From NCBI RefSeq assembly GCF_009914755.1, contig NC_060926.1: a stretch of 64,000 nt of DNA. One strand, given 5' to 3'. Of the stretch, positions 1-16,557 are shown piece after piece. The stretch's first letter is position 1, and every line of letters begins with the position of its first letter. A program made the position numbers and the translations under genes. A model generated the notes under the pieces. It saw only the letters and a program-made list of their open reading frames with translations. It was not told where the DNA came from and ran no database searches. Origin of the DNA: the human T2T-CHM13v2.0 reference genome, Homo sapiens.

Positions 1-714
1 GCTCCTTTGCTCCAAGGAGCAAGTCGCTCACAGTTGATATGGAGGGACAGACAAATGCCTACCCAGTATGTCCCTGGGGAAGTTTGGTCCCAGGCTCAGC
101 CCATCCATCATTAAATGTCCTGATGAGGGTTCCCAGGCGTTCCCCAATGGGTGCAGTGAGAGGCCCCGGGGCTCTGAAGCTAAAAGAGGCCATCCCTGAA
201 TGGGTCCAGCAGAAAAGAGGAAACGGAACAGAAAAGAAATCTGCACTTTTGCCTCTGGTGCCCGCCATGTGTCTTCACTGGAGGAGGGACTCATGGCAGC
301 CACACTCTGAGGGATGTGTTTCAGCAGCCCAGCCAGTTGACAATGGATGAGGATGTTCTGTTTCATCTACTTCAGAGCTCACACACTATAGACACTTCAC
401 TTCCAGGGGGTTCTGAATAGAATTCTCAGCACTATGTAGAGCCTCGTGAAGGCATTTTTAAAAGAGTGGCCGTCACTGTGCCCAGACCTCGCATTTACCC
501 AGTTGGACGCCACAGCCCAGAGGCCCAGGCAGCCTGACCCAGGTCCCACAGCTGACACAACAGGGAGTGGAAGTCCTCAGCTGGGAAATCACAGGAATGA
601 CTCAAAGACAGAACCATTTCATCTGCACATAAACACACGCGCTGCTCGGGTCCGGGCTGTTCCTGTGTCCATGACAAAAAGAACAATTAGCTTCGAGACA
701 CCAAGAGCGCTTAC

Positions 715-865
715 CTGAGAAGAGAAGCCAGAGTCTCCCTCGCAAAGATTCAGGGATGCCCATGGCTACGAGCTTCCGAATCTTCTCTGTGCGAAACATA
801 CACACGGTTCTGCCGTATTCCACAAAGTGGTCATTCCACAGGCTTATTTTTATCTGTTCTCTGGA
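715..865 (-). CDS. TBC1D8: TBC1D8 coding exon (probable exon 9), 151 nt, start of TBC/Rab-GAP domain
   Basis: Acceptor tttccag|TCC, donor TCAG|gtaagc; encodes SREQIKISLWNDHFVEYGRTVCMFRTEKIRKLVAMGIPESLRGRLWLLFS including the TBC IPxxxRxxxW motif; phase 0 to 1. Confidence 0.96.
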
Positions 866-2228
866 CTGGAAATGGGAATATTCTTAATGTACAAAGAAGT
901 CTGTCCTCACCACCCCCCACCCACCGATGCACCGCTGGCAATGGAGGAAGTACTGCCCCTGCTCTCCGAGGGGCCAACAGCAACGGGCAAGGACACCTGT
1001 ATTCAAGCCGCAAATATTTCTGAACCTTTACTGGGGGCACAGAGGATGCAAAGATGAATAACACAGGGTAAGGCCCTGCAGGAGCTCAGAGCCCAGTGGG
1101 AGCATTTATACAAATAAAATACGATTTCCTTAGCAAGGCTGATAACAAGGGTATGTGAATCCAAGTATTAAAGTAGCCCAAATCAGATGGGAGGGAGGGG
1201 TGGGTAAGGGGGACGCTGGGGGAAGCTTTCTCTGGATGTTGCATCTGCCAAAAAGACACTGGTCAGCTCAGAGGGCAAAGGGGAGTACAGGGGCATCACA
1301 ATTTCCCCTGAGCTTCCTGACAGCCAGAGGGAAAACTGAAACCTGAAAAAAACTGCATTGTTCTCATTAACAGAAATGAGAAAGATACCATTTCTCTAGG
1401 CAACTGAAAATACTTGAAATTACCCCTAGGTGGCAGGAATGTTTAGTGCCTTTTAAACTAGGTATTTACATTTGCTTTTAATTATCTGTATTCTCCAGTA
1501 ATGGCAGAAATAAATACATATATTTAACATTCTCATACATTTTGTCAACAAAAGTTAATTAAGGATCCGGGTGTAAAGCCTATGAGAAGGCTCAGTTTTG
1601 GATAAATAAAACCAACAATAGATTTTACAGGAGCCATTAAAGCGACCAAAAATAAGCTCGGGTTAACAGGTTCATGGCCACTGCCCAGTGCTCATGGTCC
1701 AGCGCAGCACCCTGCCTGCCATGGCCCCATTTCAAAGCACAACTTCCAGTATCTTTACCAGACTATACGTGACATTTCCCTCAAGTTCTCCCTACAAAGA
1801 GGAAATCTGTAAGTAAATATAGCAAAAATATTTCCAGTTTAGTAAAACTAGAAGACTGGTGACCTCTTCTCCCAGAAGACAAAAAAAAAGGAAAAAGGAA
1901 AGCTATAACGCGGGGCACACAGACAGCACTGGCTGGAAGGAGAGGAACCCATTCTGTGCCTGGAGACCCCCAAGGGGCAGCGCGGCCAGCTCCGCAGGCC
2001 CCACAGCTGAGAGCTGCGCGAGGTTTACCGAAGGGTGGGTGGGAGAGCAGCCCCTCAGTCCTCTGACCACCTCAGTGGTCACTTTTCACCCATGAGAACA
2101 AGACGGAGGAGGAGCGTTAGCTTCCCAAAGTCAGGTGCCACGTTCCATGGTGACTCAGACAGCTGGGCAACCCCCCCAAGCCCACGGCTCAGCTTTGTGG
2201 TCCAGCTTGGGCACCAGGCGTCACCCAC

Positions 2229-2405
2229 CATTCGGGAGTCAGGGCTCTGGCTGCCTGACTGCTGGAAGGCGGTGACCAGGGCATCGGGGTGCATCAGCGG
2301 GCTCTTCTCTTTCTCACTCTCCTCGCTATTTTGAGAAGACATCATTTCAAGATCCCCAAATCTGTGGTCACTGCACATGCTTGTTGAATGAAACACGAGT
2401 GAAGC
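2229..2405 (-). CDS. TBC1D8: TBC1D8 coding exon (probable exon 8), 177 nt
   Basis: Acceptor gtgcag|GCT after CT-repeat pyrimidine tract, donor ATG|gtgggt; ASLVFHSTSMCSDHRF...QSPDSRM; phase 0-0. Confidence 0.95.
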
Positions 2406-3157
2406 CTGCACAGCAAGAGAGACAGAGACAGAGAGAGAGAGGAGAGGAGAAAATCATGGCTTTAGTCGAGGGGACAGTCTTTGTTTTGCCTTTGGATGCA
2501 CGGGCATAGCAGACTTCAATGACTCAGGGGGAAGACAGACTGACGCCAGACCAGACAGGGCTCCTAGGAAGACACAGTCCCACTGCATGCTCCGGGTGAG
2601 GCTGTCCCGGTCCCCAGAACCTGGGTCCGTATCTGGGTCCATATGCAGTTCCTCATGGGCAGCCCCAGCCTCCCCTCAGCTTATGGACAGGAGGACGGCC
2701 ACCCTGAGAAAGCAGCCCTGGGGCTGAGAGAGGCTGCACCTCCTTTTCTCCCCATCACTATTTTGGGTGAAAAGAGGTTGAGAAAGAGAAGAGACATGAA
2801 AAAAGGAGACCAGGCCCCAGCCACCCCGGGACCACCTCTGCAGCTGCCCAACCTCAGGGCCGACAAAGCTCCTCTTTTAGCAGGTTACACGTGCCTCCAA
2901 TCAGGCCATCCTCAAACCTCAGGAGCAGGGATAGCAACCCTTCTCACCTGTGAGGGGTGACCCCGTCACCCCCTCCAAGCTGTGGGGCAATTCCCCACAC
3001 CCTCTCAGGACAGCCGGCACATCAGAAATGACAGCAGACCACACACAGGCCCCGCATTCTTCTCATCCCCACATGGCTCTCCCCATGTGTACTCCCCTTT
3101 GGAGACCACGGCCTGAGACATGAAGAAGGGGATCATCAGGGTCTGGAGGGACCATAC

Positions 3158-3352
3158 CATGTCATCATCCGCAGAGGTGTCGTAGTGCACGGGGTGGTTG
3201 GCGTGGACCTGCTTCAACCTCGCAAGCAGCGCCTCCACCAGGCTGTCTCGGTCCCGGAGCTCAATGAACTGGAAGGCCACCTTGCTTCTGATACTGACAA
3301 TGATGGGATGCGGCAGCAGGCTCGTGTCCTCCATCTTCTCGATGCTCACCAC
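3158..3352 (-). CDS. TBC1D8: TBC1D8 coding exon (probable exon 7), 195 nt, end of second GRAM/PH-like region
   Basis: Acceptor gcgcag|GTG, donor ATG|gtatgg; VVSIEKMEDTSLLPHPIIVSIRSKVAFQFIELRDRD...SADDDM; phase 0-0. Confidence 0.96.
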
Positions 3353-3539
3353 CTGCGCGAGAGGCAACATGCAGGGACAGAAGGGCGGGAGGAAGGTAGG
3401 CATGTTATTACATATGCAGAAGATGTCCCGAAACAGAGGGCAAGGCACAATCACTGCAGAAAGGAGATGATGCAATGGCGAGAAAGTGGCACTGCTCACC
3501 CCCACCACAAGGGGAGGCTGTGCAAGGCTGCATCAAGGG

Positions 3540-3945
3540 GCGACTGGATAGCAAAGTGTGGTCTATCCATACATCGGCGTATGACCCAGCCTTGAAGAGG
3601 AGGGGAATTCGGACAGAGGCTCCAGCATGGATGAGCCCCGAGGGCATTATGCTAAGTGAACAAGGCCAGTCACAAATATTGTATGAATCCACTCATATGA
3701 GGTACCTGGAGGAGTGAAATTCATAGATACAGGAAGTAGAAGGATGGTTGCTAGGGGCTGGGGGAAGGGGAAGAGGGAAGTTGATTTATGGGGACAGTGT
3801 TTCCATTGTCAGTGATGAAAGAGTTCTGGAGATGGATGGTGCTGGGTTGCACAGCAATGTGAATGTACTTAATGCCACTGAGCCATACACTTAAAATGGT
3901 TTAAATGTCATTTCTGGTTAGGTACACATTACCAAAAAAAATTTT
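3540..3945 (+). mobile_element. Old L1 (L1MB-like) 3' end
   Basis: attatgctaagtgaa...aagagttctggagatggatggtg...cacttaaaatggtt. Confidence 0.75.
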
Positions 3946-4874
3946 TTAAGCATGTAAGTTGGCTCCTAGATTTCTTGCTCCACTAATAAGTAAAAATATT
4001 TGTAAAATGAAGACATCTACTACAGAATAATAACATGGAGTTAGGAGACCACAAGGAGTAATCCCAGCATTGTCAGAGGCCAAGTGGGAGGATCGATTGA
4101 GCCCAGGAGTTTGAGACCAGCCTGGGCAACACAGTGAAACCCTCCTCTCTAAAAAGAAGAAAAAAATAAGAGTTTTGAGTTTTTCCAAAGAAGAATGCTC
4201 AGTACGTTTGTTATCAGAAAGAAGAATCTGGAGGTCCTGACGTGTAAACAGAGTTGTGGGTACCATCTCACCAGAATTGCTGCCCTGAAGCCAAAGGACT
4301 GAGCTGCTCAGATCTGGAAGTAATCTGAGCCCCCATTTCCAAGAAGAGAATTGCAGAATTTTATAGGAAGAAGGGACCTGATCCCTGTCAATGGAAGCAT
4401 TTTAAAATTTTTAACTGAAGTTCCAGGAGCATACAAAAGCCAGGCAATTTACCATTTATTTTTAAAAGGTGATGCTTTTTGTAGGTTGCTTTTTTTTTTC
4501 CTTTCTTTTTTTTGGTGAGTGAAAGGGGAGGATTCATTCCTAGGAGCTGCTGGAAAAATCTTTAATTGCTAGGTATGTACTTTTTAATAACAGCTTTATC
4601 AATAATGTGGAGGTTAGAGTCCCCTGTTTTCAGCAGTCACTTGTTGGCAAATTTCAGGATGCCATAGCAACAGCAGAAAAAGCAATGGCCGAATGGGTAA
4701 TGGTCCAATTCAGGCCATGCCTCCCTCAAGAAGCCCAGCCTTGGAGTCATCCATCTTTAGATGGCAAAACTGTGCCGTCTGAACTTCCCCTCCCACACTC
4801 CATCTCACAGCCAGCAACCTTGTGTTCAAACAACAAAAGGCTGCTTCGGGAAGCAGACAGTAGGGCCAGTCTAC

Positions 4875-5479
<605 letters not shown>

Positions 5480-5719
5480 TAAAGCCACTGGCACAATTTG
5501 TATTTAAGTGAGTGCAAAAAGGCACCATGCATGTCCTGTGCTGGTGCACGTGGGCATCCCACATTCTAACTGCATGGCCAACCTTCAGAACAAGGACGCA
5601 GAGCAGACGCGCTGTCTCTGCACAGCAGTAATTTAATAAACTCACAGGCCAAATAAGCATTCCTTCCTGGTTTGAGTAACACTGAGAATTACCAGAAAAA
5701 CACTTGCTTAAGAATCCAA

Positions 5720-6430
5720 GTTTCAAAAAGTTTGATAACAAGTGGTGAGGAGGATGTGGGGAAATTGGAACCCTACCGCACTGCTGATGGGAATTAACAT
5801 GGTGTGGTCATGTTGGTAAACAGTCTGGAAGCTCTGCAAAAGGCTAAAAACAGACTTAACACTTGACCAAGAAATTCCACTCCTAGGTAGATATACCCAA
5901 GAGAACTGAAAACGTGTGTCTTGCACACGAATGTTCTTAGCAGCATCATTTATGATAACTTAAAGGCAGAAATAACCCAAGTGTCCATTAACTGATAAGT
6001 GGATAAACAAAATGTAGTGTATCCATACAATCAAATATTGTTCAGCCATAAAAAAGGAATGAAGTACTGATGAGTGCCACAACAGAGATGAACCTTGAAA
6101 ATATTATACTGAGTGAAGTAAACCAGACACAAAAAGACGACATACTGCCTGATTCCATTAATATGAAATATCCAGAATAAGCAAATCTCTAGAGACAGAA
6201 AATAGATTACTGATTGCTCAGGGCTTGGGGGAAGAGAGAGAAATGGGAAGTGACTGCTCATGGGTACATGGTTTCTTTTTCTTTTTGGGGTGATGAAATG
6301 CTCTAAAATTGATTGTGGTGATGGTTGCACAACTCTGTGAACATGGTAAAAACCACTGAATGGTACACTTTTAAAGGATGGATAATAATTACATGGTATG
6401 TAAATTAAATCTCAAAAAAAAAATTAAAAA
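5720..6430 (+). mobile_element. Old L1 (L1MB-like) 3' end
   Basis: gaggatgtgggg aaattggaacc...aattccactcctaggtagatatacccaagagaa...tggtgatggttgcacaactctgtgaa. Confidence 0.8.
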
Positions 6431-6439
6431 ATTTAATGC

Positions 6440-6765
<326 letters not shown>

Positions 6766-8356
6766 TCAATAAACATTAGTTATTATTATTATCTTTTTAA
6801 AAATATATATTTTAAGAATCCAGGTCGGGTGCAGTGGCTCATGCATCACATCAGTAATGACAAGAGAGAATGTTGATGAGGAGGAAAGAAGGATCCTAAC
6901 CCCCAGGCAACCCCACATATCCTGATTTTTGGCTCTGAAACCAGTAAAGAAAGCAACCAAATCACAATGTTTGAAAATACTGATCAAGTTATGTCATATT
7001 CCAAAATTCTAGTAAGGGGGAAATTCCAACATACAGAGGGAAAGATTCTTCTCTTGCACTTTATAAAGTTCCTTATAAATATAAGGATGAAATTAGCACT
7101 TGCTTAAAGTCAGGAATATGAATTCTTGGCTTGCTTATGTACTCTGTAACCCCGAATGAGACTCTCTGTATCTCATTTTGATTGCTACAAAATGGGAATA
7201 ATGTCTGAATGCTCTGCTTCAAGGGATCCCTGTGAATCTAAAATGATCCCCACAATATGGTAAAACAGAAACTAGGCATAGTACCTACAGTATGATCCCT
7301 TTACATAAATTCCTTAAAATTTCCAGACAGAGATGTGTACAAGGGCTTTATCTTAAGTGTTAACAGTGATTGTCTTTGCATAGTGGGACTTCCACTTTCC
7401 AATTTTATTTTGCTTACATTTTCTACATGACTACATATTAGCTTTAAAAAAAAAAAAAACCTTAGCTATTTTCTTTAGGGAAAAGTACAACTTTTTGAAA
7501 TGTTACCTAAATGCCATAAACGCAAGATAGTAAACTCTCAACTCTGGAATCGGCTGCACACAGCTCAAGTGAGCTTTTCAGGCACGATCTGGTTGTGAGG
7601 CCCCGGAGATAAGACCTCACCTCAACCATGCCAGGCTGGGCTCCCGGACACACGCCTTTTCTGCAGCCCTTTCTGGTCTCATGTCCACCATCACACAACT
7701 GACTTACAGGCAGCAGCCATCACACAGAGATGGCACAATCCATGGAATTTACTATCCAGCCCTCAAAAGGAGAAAACACAGAGAAAGTCCTCTGGACACA
7801 TACAGAAATTAAATTCTACAGATCACAACGGGTCCAGTTCCTGGGGGCCAAAGCTGCAGTTCCTTAAATGCCTGATACAACGTGGACTACTGTTTCCACG
7901 GGCGCCTGAGCTGCCTCCAGAGAGGAGCTGGGAGAACACAGGAAAAGCACCATAAACGCTCTACCAGTTCATACACCGCAAGAATGGAAGGCAAGGCCCC
8001 TCAAGAGGACCCCAAGTTCCCCAAGCTGACTATGTCTGGTGCATTTAAATTGGAAAACTTCCATCCTTGTCCTCAGAGCGTGCTGGCTATGTTAGCTTTA
8101 ACGAAAGTAAAATCAACCCTTACTCCCTGCACGTATCTCACAAACGTGGTTCTAGTCGCCAGTGAGTTCACCTGTCATGTCAGCCTTCCTTCCTAGCTGG
8201 GCATCTCTTTCCCCTTAGGACATGGCTGAAGCCAAAGTGAATACATGGTGAGTATTCAAATCACAGAAGCTTGCACTGAGCCACCAGAAGGGTGGGAGTA
8301 CTTGTATTTACATTTATTTTGCACCGAATCCCTCAAATTAAGAATAAGGTGTTCCA

Positions 8357-8795
<439 letters not shown>

Positions 8796-9448
8796 TCAGG
8801 GCTGTCCTCACTTTCCCTGTAGACATCTGTCTTTTGCACATTTGGGTAGCCAGAGACCAGAAACCTCAAGTTACAAACAAATAAGCAACAGGGGGGACTT
8901 TCCTAAGATCTGAGTTAGTTTCCTTCCTCCCTACTAGAAAGTTGTCTTCCAATTTCACCATTCGTTAAATATGTATTATATACAAGATAGTTAAATTTCC
9001 AGCATAACTGAGATGAAGATATCGTGACTTTGAAAAAATGAGAAATCCTCGAGAAATCAGCTCTTTATGAAGTTTAGAATAAGACCATCCTATCCTTTAG
9101 GTCTGTTTCAAAGCAGATGTTAGTTTTGATGCTAAATATATCAACTCCTTTTACTGAACACCATCAACAACAAAGCCACTGCTCACAGCCCGCTTCTCAG
9201 ACTTTCCAGTACTTCCTAAGTGCCTTCACTTTTCCTCCGTAGAGAAGAACAGACATTGGTGATGACCTGACATTCAGAACGTGGCCACACAAGCCTGTAG
9301 GTCACCGCAGAAGCACCCCTATGAGGATGGAGACCATCCCAGCTACCCCAGCTACACCTACCCTCCAGTGCTGCACACACAAGCCAAAGCAATCACTCTA
9401 AGAGAGAGCTACAGCTAAGACTAGTGGGAGAAAGCGCCACCAATCACC

Positions 9449-9730
9449 TTTTTGTTTTTGTTTTTGAGACAGTTGCACTCTGTTGCCCAGGCTGGAGTGC
9501 TGTGGTGCAATCTCGGCTCACTGAAAGCTCCACATCCTGGGTTCATGGGATTCTCTTGTCTCAGCCTCCTGAGTAGCTGGGATTACAGGTGCCCACCACC
9601 ATGCCCAGCTAATTTTTGTATTTTTAGGAGAGATGGGGTTTCGCCATGTTGGCCAGGCTGGTCTCAAACTCCTGACCTCGTGATCTGCCCACCTCGGCCT
9701 CCCAAAGTGCTGGGATTACCGCGCCCAGCC
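9449..9730 (-). mobile_element. Alu (AluS)
   Basis: Dimeric Alu, small deletion near its 5' end. Confidence 0.9.
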
Positions 9731-10410
9731 CAACCACCCTATCTTAACACATGCCATTGATGAGACTGTAAGTAAGGAGGGAATAAATGTGGGTCAACCC
9801 GACTCTGGAACAACAAACATCAGATTTGTTGCTGAAGCTTAAATTAATATGTGCAATAATGCAAGACAACTATGCAGAAGATTCTAGAAAAGTTACACTT
9901 ACACATTCTTAAAAAAATTCAGCTTAATCCCTAAGAGGACCCAAGAAGGTATGTATTTCTTTTATTTCTCTGCAAATCCAGAGTTATATTTGTCTCTCCT
10001 ACTTTCGGTAAAGATGTATCAAAACAGGTTTCCCTTTCTCTCTCTGTCTCCCCATCCACCCACTAGAATGCTTTGGGAAGAACCCTGTCTGAGCTACATG
10101 CCAACTCTTGCTCCCTCTGGTCATTCGGCCCGCATCCAAGAGCCTACTGTGTGTCGGCAGGCTTAACGTTGCTTCCAGGCTTAACGCGTCCCCAAACTCA
10201 GGCTGCGTGACAGGCCAGGGCAGCTTGGCTCTCCCATGCTCAGCATGCAGGGACTTCCCATGTGTGCACTAGACAGAAAGCCTGGAGCCATGGCTCCTGC
10301 CCTCTTGGATAAGGGAGGGCAAACTCAGTCCTCTGCGGTGAGTTTGCCTCATAAAGGAGCACATAAGGATTTCCAGTGGCTCTACGTGATGTGCTCCCCC
10401 AGAGACCCGT

Positions 10411-10729
<319 letters not shown>

Positions 10730-13554
10730 AGGGAAATATCAAGCTTTCTGAATCTAAAAACAAGGCCAGATCCACGTGCTTTTCCTCAAAGCCCAAGTCT
10801 GTATATAAAATATTTCATTTCTCAAATGTGTGTTTACTCAGAATACCTTTCTTCTGTGACCCCCCCAGGAGTCCTAAGGAAATGTGGATGAAGCTGCCAT
10901 GCAGCTGCTAGGACACACTGCAGCCCACGGCCACTAGGCTCACCTGGCTGTCAGGCGCCAGCACAGGCGGTCGGCACGAAGGGCCCCTCATTCCTTTGGA
11001 AATCCGTCTGCACTGAGCACCTAAGAGACCAGGACCCTGACAACACAGGGCATCCTTAAGGCTCTCTGACGCTCAGAAAAAGGCTCATCCCTCCATCCTC
11101 TTCCTCCTGTCCTGTCCTAGAGAGAACCACCTAAGCCAACCTGCTGACAATCACCGAGCAGCTTGGGGACTGGGGTTGTGGAGGGTGAGACATGGGCCTT
11201 CTCTTGCAAGGTGGGGCCTGTCAGGCTGCGGGAGCCCCTGGGAGATGTCTTAAGTGGGCCAAGAGGACTCTGAGGCAGAGGAGGACTCGAGCTAGAATTA
11301 GAGGGATGAAAAGTCAAATAAATTACACAAAAGCGGTCCTAGTGGGAGCCGAGAAAGAAGAGCAGGAAAAGGGAGAGTGGGGGGAGGGGAGGAAAGGGGA
11401 AGGCCAAAGAGGGTCTGCAAAGCCAGCCAGACCCGAGAGTTCAGAATCCGCCAGGCCATGAGGGACCAGGTTTCCCTGCTGAGGACACCTGCCTCTGGGC
11501 AGCCGCTATTCATCTTTATAAACCGGCGAAAGAGCCTGCCTCGTGGGAAACAGAGTTTCCATTTACTACACCGCTTTAATTCAGCTCTCCTCCAGCATCT
11601 TCAGCCAGTCAAAACAGATTGTAATTTGATTTAATGAAGCCCATCACTCTCCAACTACCCTCCCCAAAAAAAACAGCCGAATACACTTTTTTTCACCCCA
11701 CCATTCCCAACTTTGGGATACATCTTTTCTGTTTTGAGATTTCAGGATGGTCTTTTTTCCTTTCCGCTTCCCTCCCTCTGTTCCCTCTGTGGGCAGCTCC
11801 TCAGTCACTCTGCCCTCTTGGACTCCGAGGCTATGATGCAGGGATCCCTGGCCCAGGGCCTCCCCTGCGCCCTGTGAGGGCTGAGCCAGGTGACTCCCAC
11901 GCCTGGCAACTCCAACCAGCCCAATCAACCGAGGGTGACAATGCACCCCCTACCCTCCCTGCTCCCAGGGGAGCTACGAGCGGCTCCGCACTGTGGCCAT
12001 AAGTCCTGCTGGAGTGGCCACACATGGCAATCATGACTAATTGGCAATCTGAGGCTCACCCGGCTCGTGACCCCAAGGGCACCTTTCTGCAGCCATTATC
12101 TGGGAAGGGAAGGGAAAAGGGACCAACCAAAGAGAGCCAGGGAGCGAGCATGAAGAGACTGTTTTCCCCAGTTTTCAAACCTGGGCTCTCCTGGCAGGGC
12201 TTCAAGAAGACTGAGTCATTACCTGTCTATACCCACAGGCCCACGTCTCCATGACAAATGCTACAAATGAGAACTGGCCAGGAATTGGGAGGCAAGGTAC
12301 ATACATGCCTTTCACTTTCTGAGAAAGCTGCTGAACCTGCAGTCAACAGCTTGGCCCAGAGGCCTGCAGCCCCATCACAGGGCCAGCCCCACGCACCTGC
12401 AGGCACCCTGGCAGCTCAGCCCTGGCCAACACCAGGCCCTTTTTAGCCTTTCCTCTCCCCTCTTCTTTCTGATAATTCCCAGGGTAGAAGACAGAGGGGG
12501 AATGTCTTGTAGAATCTCCTTGAATTCTGGAATGTAAATGAAGGCTGCCAACTGATGGCTTTTCTCCAAAACCAGTTCTCTTACCACAAGGGATTTGGTG
12601 CTACAGACCTTCAATGTATTCTTTCCTCCCTTCCACCCAAAACCAAAAAACACCACATCTGGAAGTGGAGCTGTGCCGGGATATCAGTAGATTTGGGAGG
12701 AATCACCGGAAATCCCAGCGCTGTGGGGCTGGCCAGAACAGCTGCTAGCAGGCCTCCGACTCCTGCAACTACACGGTTGCACTCACACGCCCATGTGCCC
12801 CACACACACAGGGAGAGGGGGAGAAGCTTCAAATGGTGCTCCTGTGAGCCCTCTAGCAACTCACACAAGCCAGGCTTGTTGCTTCGGGGCTTCCTGCAAC
12901 TTTCCCATTTTTAAGATATCTTTGTAAGCTGCACTAAAAGGACTCAGATACCAACTACTGTAGAGGCATTTGAAGAAATACAGGAGGGCATGGCACACAC
13001 TGTACTGGACTGTCTTGCTTTTAAAACAGGTGCTCCTAAGATGGAGGCTGAGAGACCATCATGGGGAGCCTGGGGCTGAGAGGTGCAGGTCCAAATCCCA
13101 AAGGACACTGCCCCAAGCGTGTCCTTTCACAGGGGGCAACGAGCACCCCCTCACCCTCCATCTCAGATTATCAGAGGTGGCACAAGACCATGTGAAATTC
13201 CTTGGAATCTTAACCAAAAAAATCAAGAGCATTTGTGTTTGATTTCACCTAACTCAGGACTACACATGATCCATTTTAAAACAAATGGACACAGTAGGAA
13301 GGGGCTTTGAATTCTTTCTGAACACATCAAACCCTCAGCATGCTGCCGTTCACAGGCCATGAATGGACACTCTCTCCCCCACACATTGAGAAAAGACAGA
13401 GGACAGTGCATGGATTTCAAGAATAATAAGTCTTTTTAAAAAAAAAAAAAACACTATATTATTACTGAACACTAACTTTAGAGCTTTGAAGGAACTTGGC
13501 ATGTCATCCAGCCCAAGTATGGCAGACTAAATCTCAGAAAAATCACATTTGAAT

Positions 13555-13865
13555 ATCAGTATTTGTCTTTTCACAACTTATTTCACTCAATATAATGTCC
13601 TCAAGGTTCATCCATGTGGTAGCATGGGTCAGAATTTCCTTCCTTTTCAAGGCTGAGTAATATTCCATTGTGCAGCTCACATTTTGCTGATGACTTCATC
13701 TCTTGCTGGACACTCAGATTGCTTCTACCTTTTGGTGACTATGAATAATGCTGCTGCAAACACGGGCATACAAATAGCTCCGAGCCCCTGCTTTCAATTC
13801 TTTAGCGTATATACCCAGAAATGGAATTGCTGGACACTAGGATAATTCTGCTTTTAATTACTTTT
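13555..13865 (-). mobile_element. Old L1 fragment
   Basis: aggttcatccatgtggtagcatg...tatatacccagaaatggaattgctgg. Confidence 0.7.
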
Positions 13866-14143
13866 GCACCAAGATAATAAAAAATAACTAGTGGTTCTTT
13901 AAAAATTAAAAATAAAAACTTTGGATAATAAAGTTGAACTTCCTTAAAGCAACAAACAATTCAAACAACTATCTCACAAGTCTCTAGGATTAGTATCAAT
14001 TTGTGGCAAACAAACCACGTAGCATACTGACTTACACTATTAGTGAGGCATATTTCTGATGACGAAGTGGTACCAAAAATAGGTCCAGCTGTCCTGAAAA
14101 TGTTTTCTACAAACTAATTTCCTGTGAAAAGACAAAATATGTC

Positions 14144-14823
<680 letters not shown>

Positions 14824-15097
14824 CTACCCTTACTATATTTCTAAAAGCATTCTTCATGAAAATCAGTTTTGAAATAATATCTGAAAACTTGAAGTCCACT
14901 GCATAAATGAAATGAGTAATCATCATTTCTGTCATATCTCTGTCGAGATTAACGACATACAAAAATCTGGATTATGCCACAAGGGAAATTTAAATCTAAC
15001 ATAACCAAGGCTAACAAAAGCACTTGTACATAAGGGATGGGCACAGCTTATGGGTCCCCCGTGCGGGTGGGAGACACTCTAGAACAGTCACTTTCAC

Positions 15098-15338
15098 CTC
15101 TTGGTGATCTGGCTCGGCTCCTGCAGATCGGGGTCGAGGTCAAAGACCTCATTATCCAGCAGCCTTCGCAGCGTCACGTCGGCCAGCTGCTCCATGACCT
15201 TAAACACCTCATCCAGGTTCAGGAACATGGAGAAGTCACGCTCCTTATTCTGCGTGGTGATTCGGATGGTATCCGTCAGAAAGACATTGGACGTTCTTTC
15301 TAATTTCTGGATATCAACCCACGGAACCACAAGTTTAA
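15098..15338 (-). CDS. TBC1D8: TBC1D8 coding exon (probable exon 5), 241 nt, end of first GRAM domain
   Basis: Acceptor ttacag|TT, donor AG|gtgaaa; KLVVPWVDIQKLERTSNVFLTDTIRI...EPSQITKR; phase 1 to 2. Confidence 0.96.
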
Positions 15339-15450
15339 CTGTAAGAGAAAAGGGTGAAATACCTATTATGCCATGAAATTTGAGCCAAACTTGAGTGTGT
15401 CAGCAAGCAACTATCCAAAGCTCTCCTTAGGCCGATGTGTAAATGCCTTT

Positions 15451-16557
15451 TTAAAAAATCTTTTAAGTTCAGGGATACAGGGATACACGTGCAGGTTTGC
15501 AATACAGGTAAACTCATGTCATGCGGGTTTGCTGTACAGATTATTTCATCACCCAGGTGTTAAGCCTGGTACCCATTAGTAATTTTTTCTGATCTTCTCC
15601 CTCCTCCCACCCTCCACCCTCAAATGGGTGCCTATGTCAGTTCTTCCCCTGTATGTGTCCATGGGTTCTCATCATTTAGCTCCCACTTCTAAGTGGAAAC
15701 ATGCGGTATTTGGTTTTCTTGCGTGTTAATTTGCAAAGCATAATGGCCTCCAGCTCCATCCATGTTCCTGCAAAGGACATGAGCTCATTCTTTTTTATGG
15801 CTGCATAGTATTCCATGGTGTACATGTGCCACATTTTCTTTATCCAGTCTACCAATGATGGGCATTTAGGTTGATTCCATGTCTTTGCTATTGTGAATAG
15901 TGCTGCAATGAACATACGCACGTATGTGTCTTTATGGTAGACGATTTATATTCCTTTGGATATACACCTAGTAATGGTATCGCTGAATTGAATGGTAGTT
16001 CTACTTTTAGTTCTTTGAAGAATTGCCACACTGTTTTCCACAATGATTGAGCTAATTTACACCAGCAATACCATTCTGGACATGGGAACAGGCAAAGATT
16101 TTATGATGAAGATGCCAAAAAGCAATTGCAACAGAAGCAAAAACTGACAAATGGGATCTAATTAAGTGAAAGAGCTTCTGCACAGCGAAAGAAACTATCA
16201 ACAGAGTAAACAGAAGCCTACAGAATAGGGGAAGTTTTTTGCAAACTAGATATCTCACAAAGGTCTAATATCCAGCATCTATAAGGAACTTAAACACATT
16301 TACAAGAAAAAAACAAACCACCCTGTTAAAAAGTGGCCAAAGGACACGAACAGACACTTTTCAAAAGAAGACATACATGCGGCCAACAAGCATATGGAAA
16401 AAAAAAGCTCAACATCACTGATCATTAGAGAAATGCAAATTAAACCCATAATGAGATGCTACCTCATACCAGTCAGAATGGCTATTACTAAAAAGTCAAA
16501 AAATAACAGATGCTGGCGAGGTTGTGGAGAAAAGGAAACATTTATATGCTGCTGGTA
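15451..16557 (-). mobile_element. L1PA 3' fragment with 5' inversion
   Basis: Minus-strand 3' end to about 16061, then a plus-strand ORF2 segment to 16556; TSD taaatgccttt / taaataccttt. Confidence 0.85.

Noticed and set aside
28-718. Several overlapping 60-110 aa ORFs at the left edge
   Set aside because: Intronic sequence after exon 9; the next TBC1D8 exon peptide is not present
10730-13420. Repeat-poor, moderately GC-rich intron 5 stretch with many short ORFs and one TGAGTCA
   Set aside because: No exon-like peptide or splice pairing recognised; enhancer status cannot be supported from sequence alone
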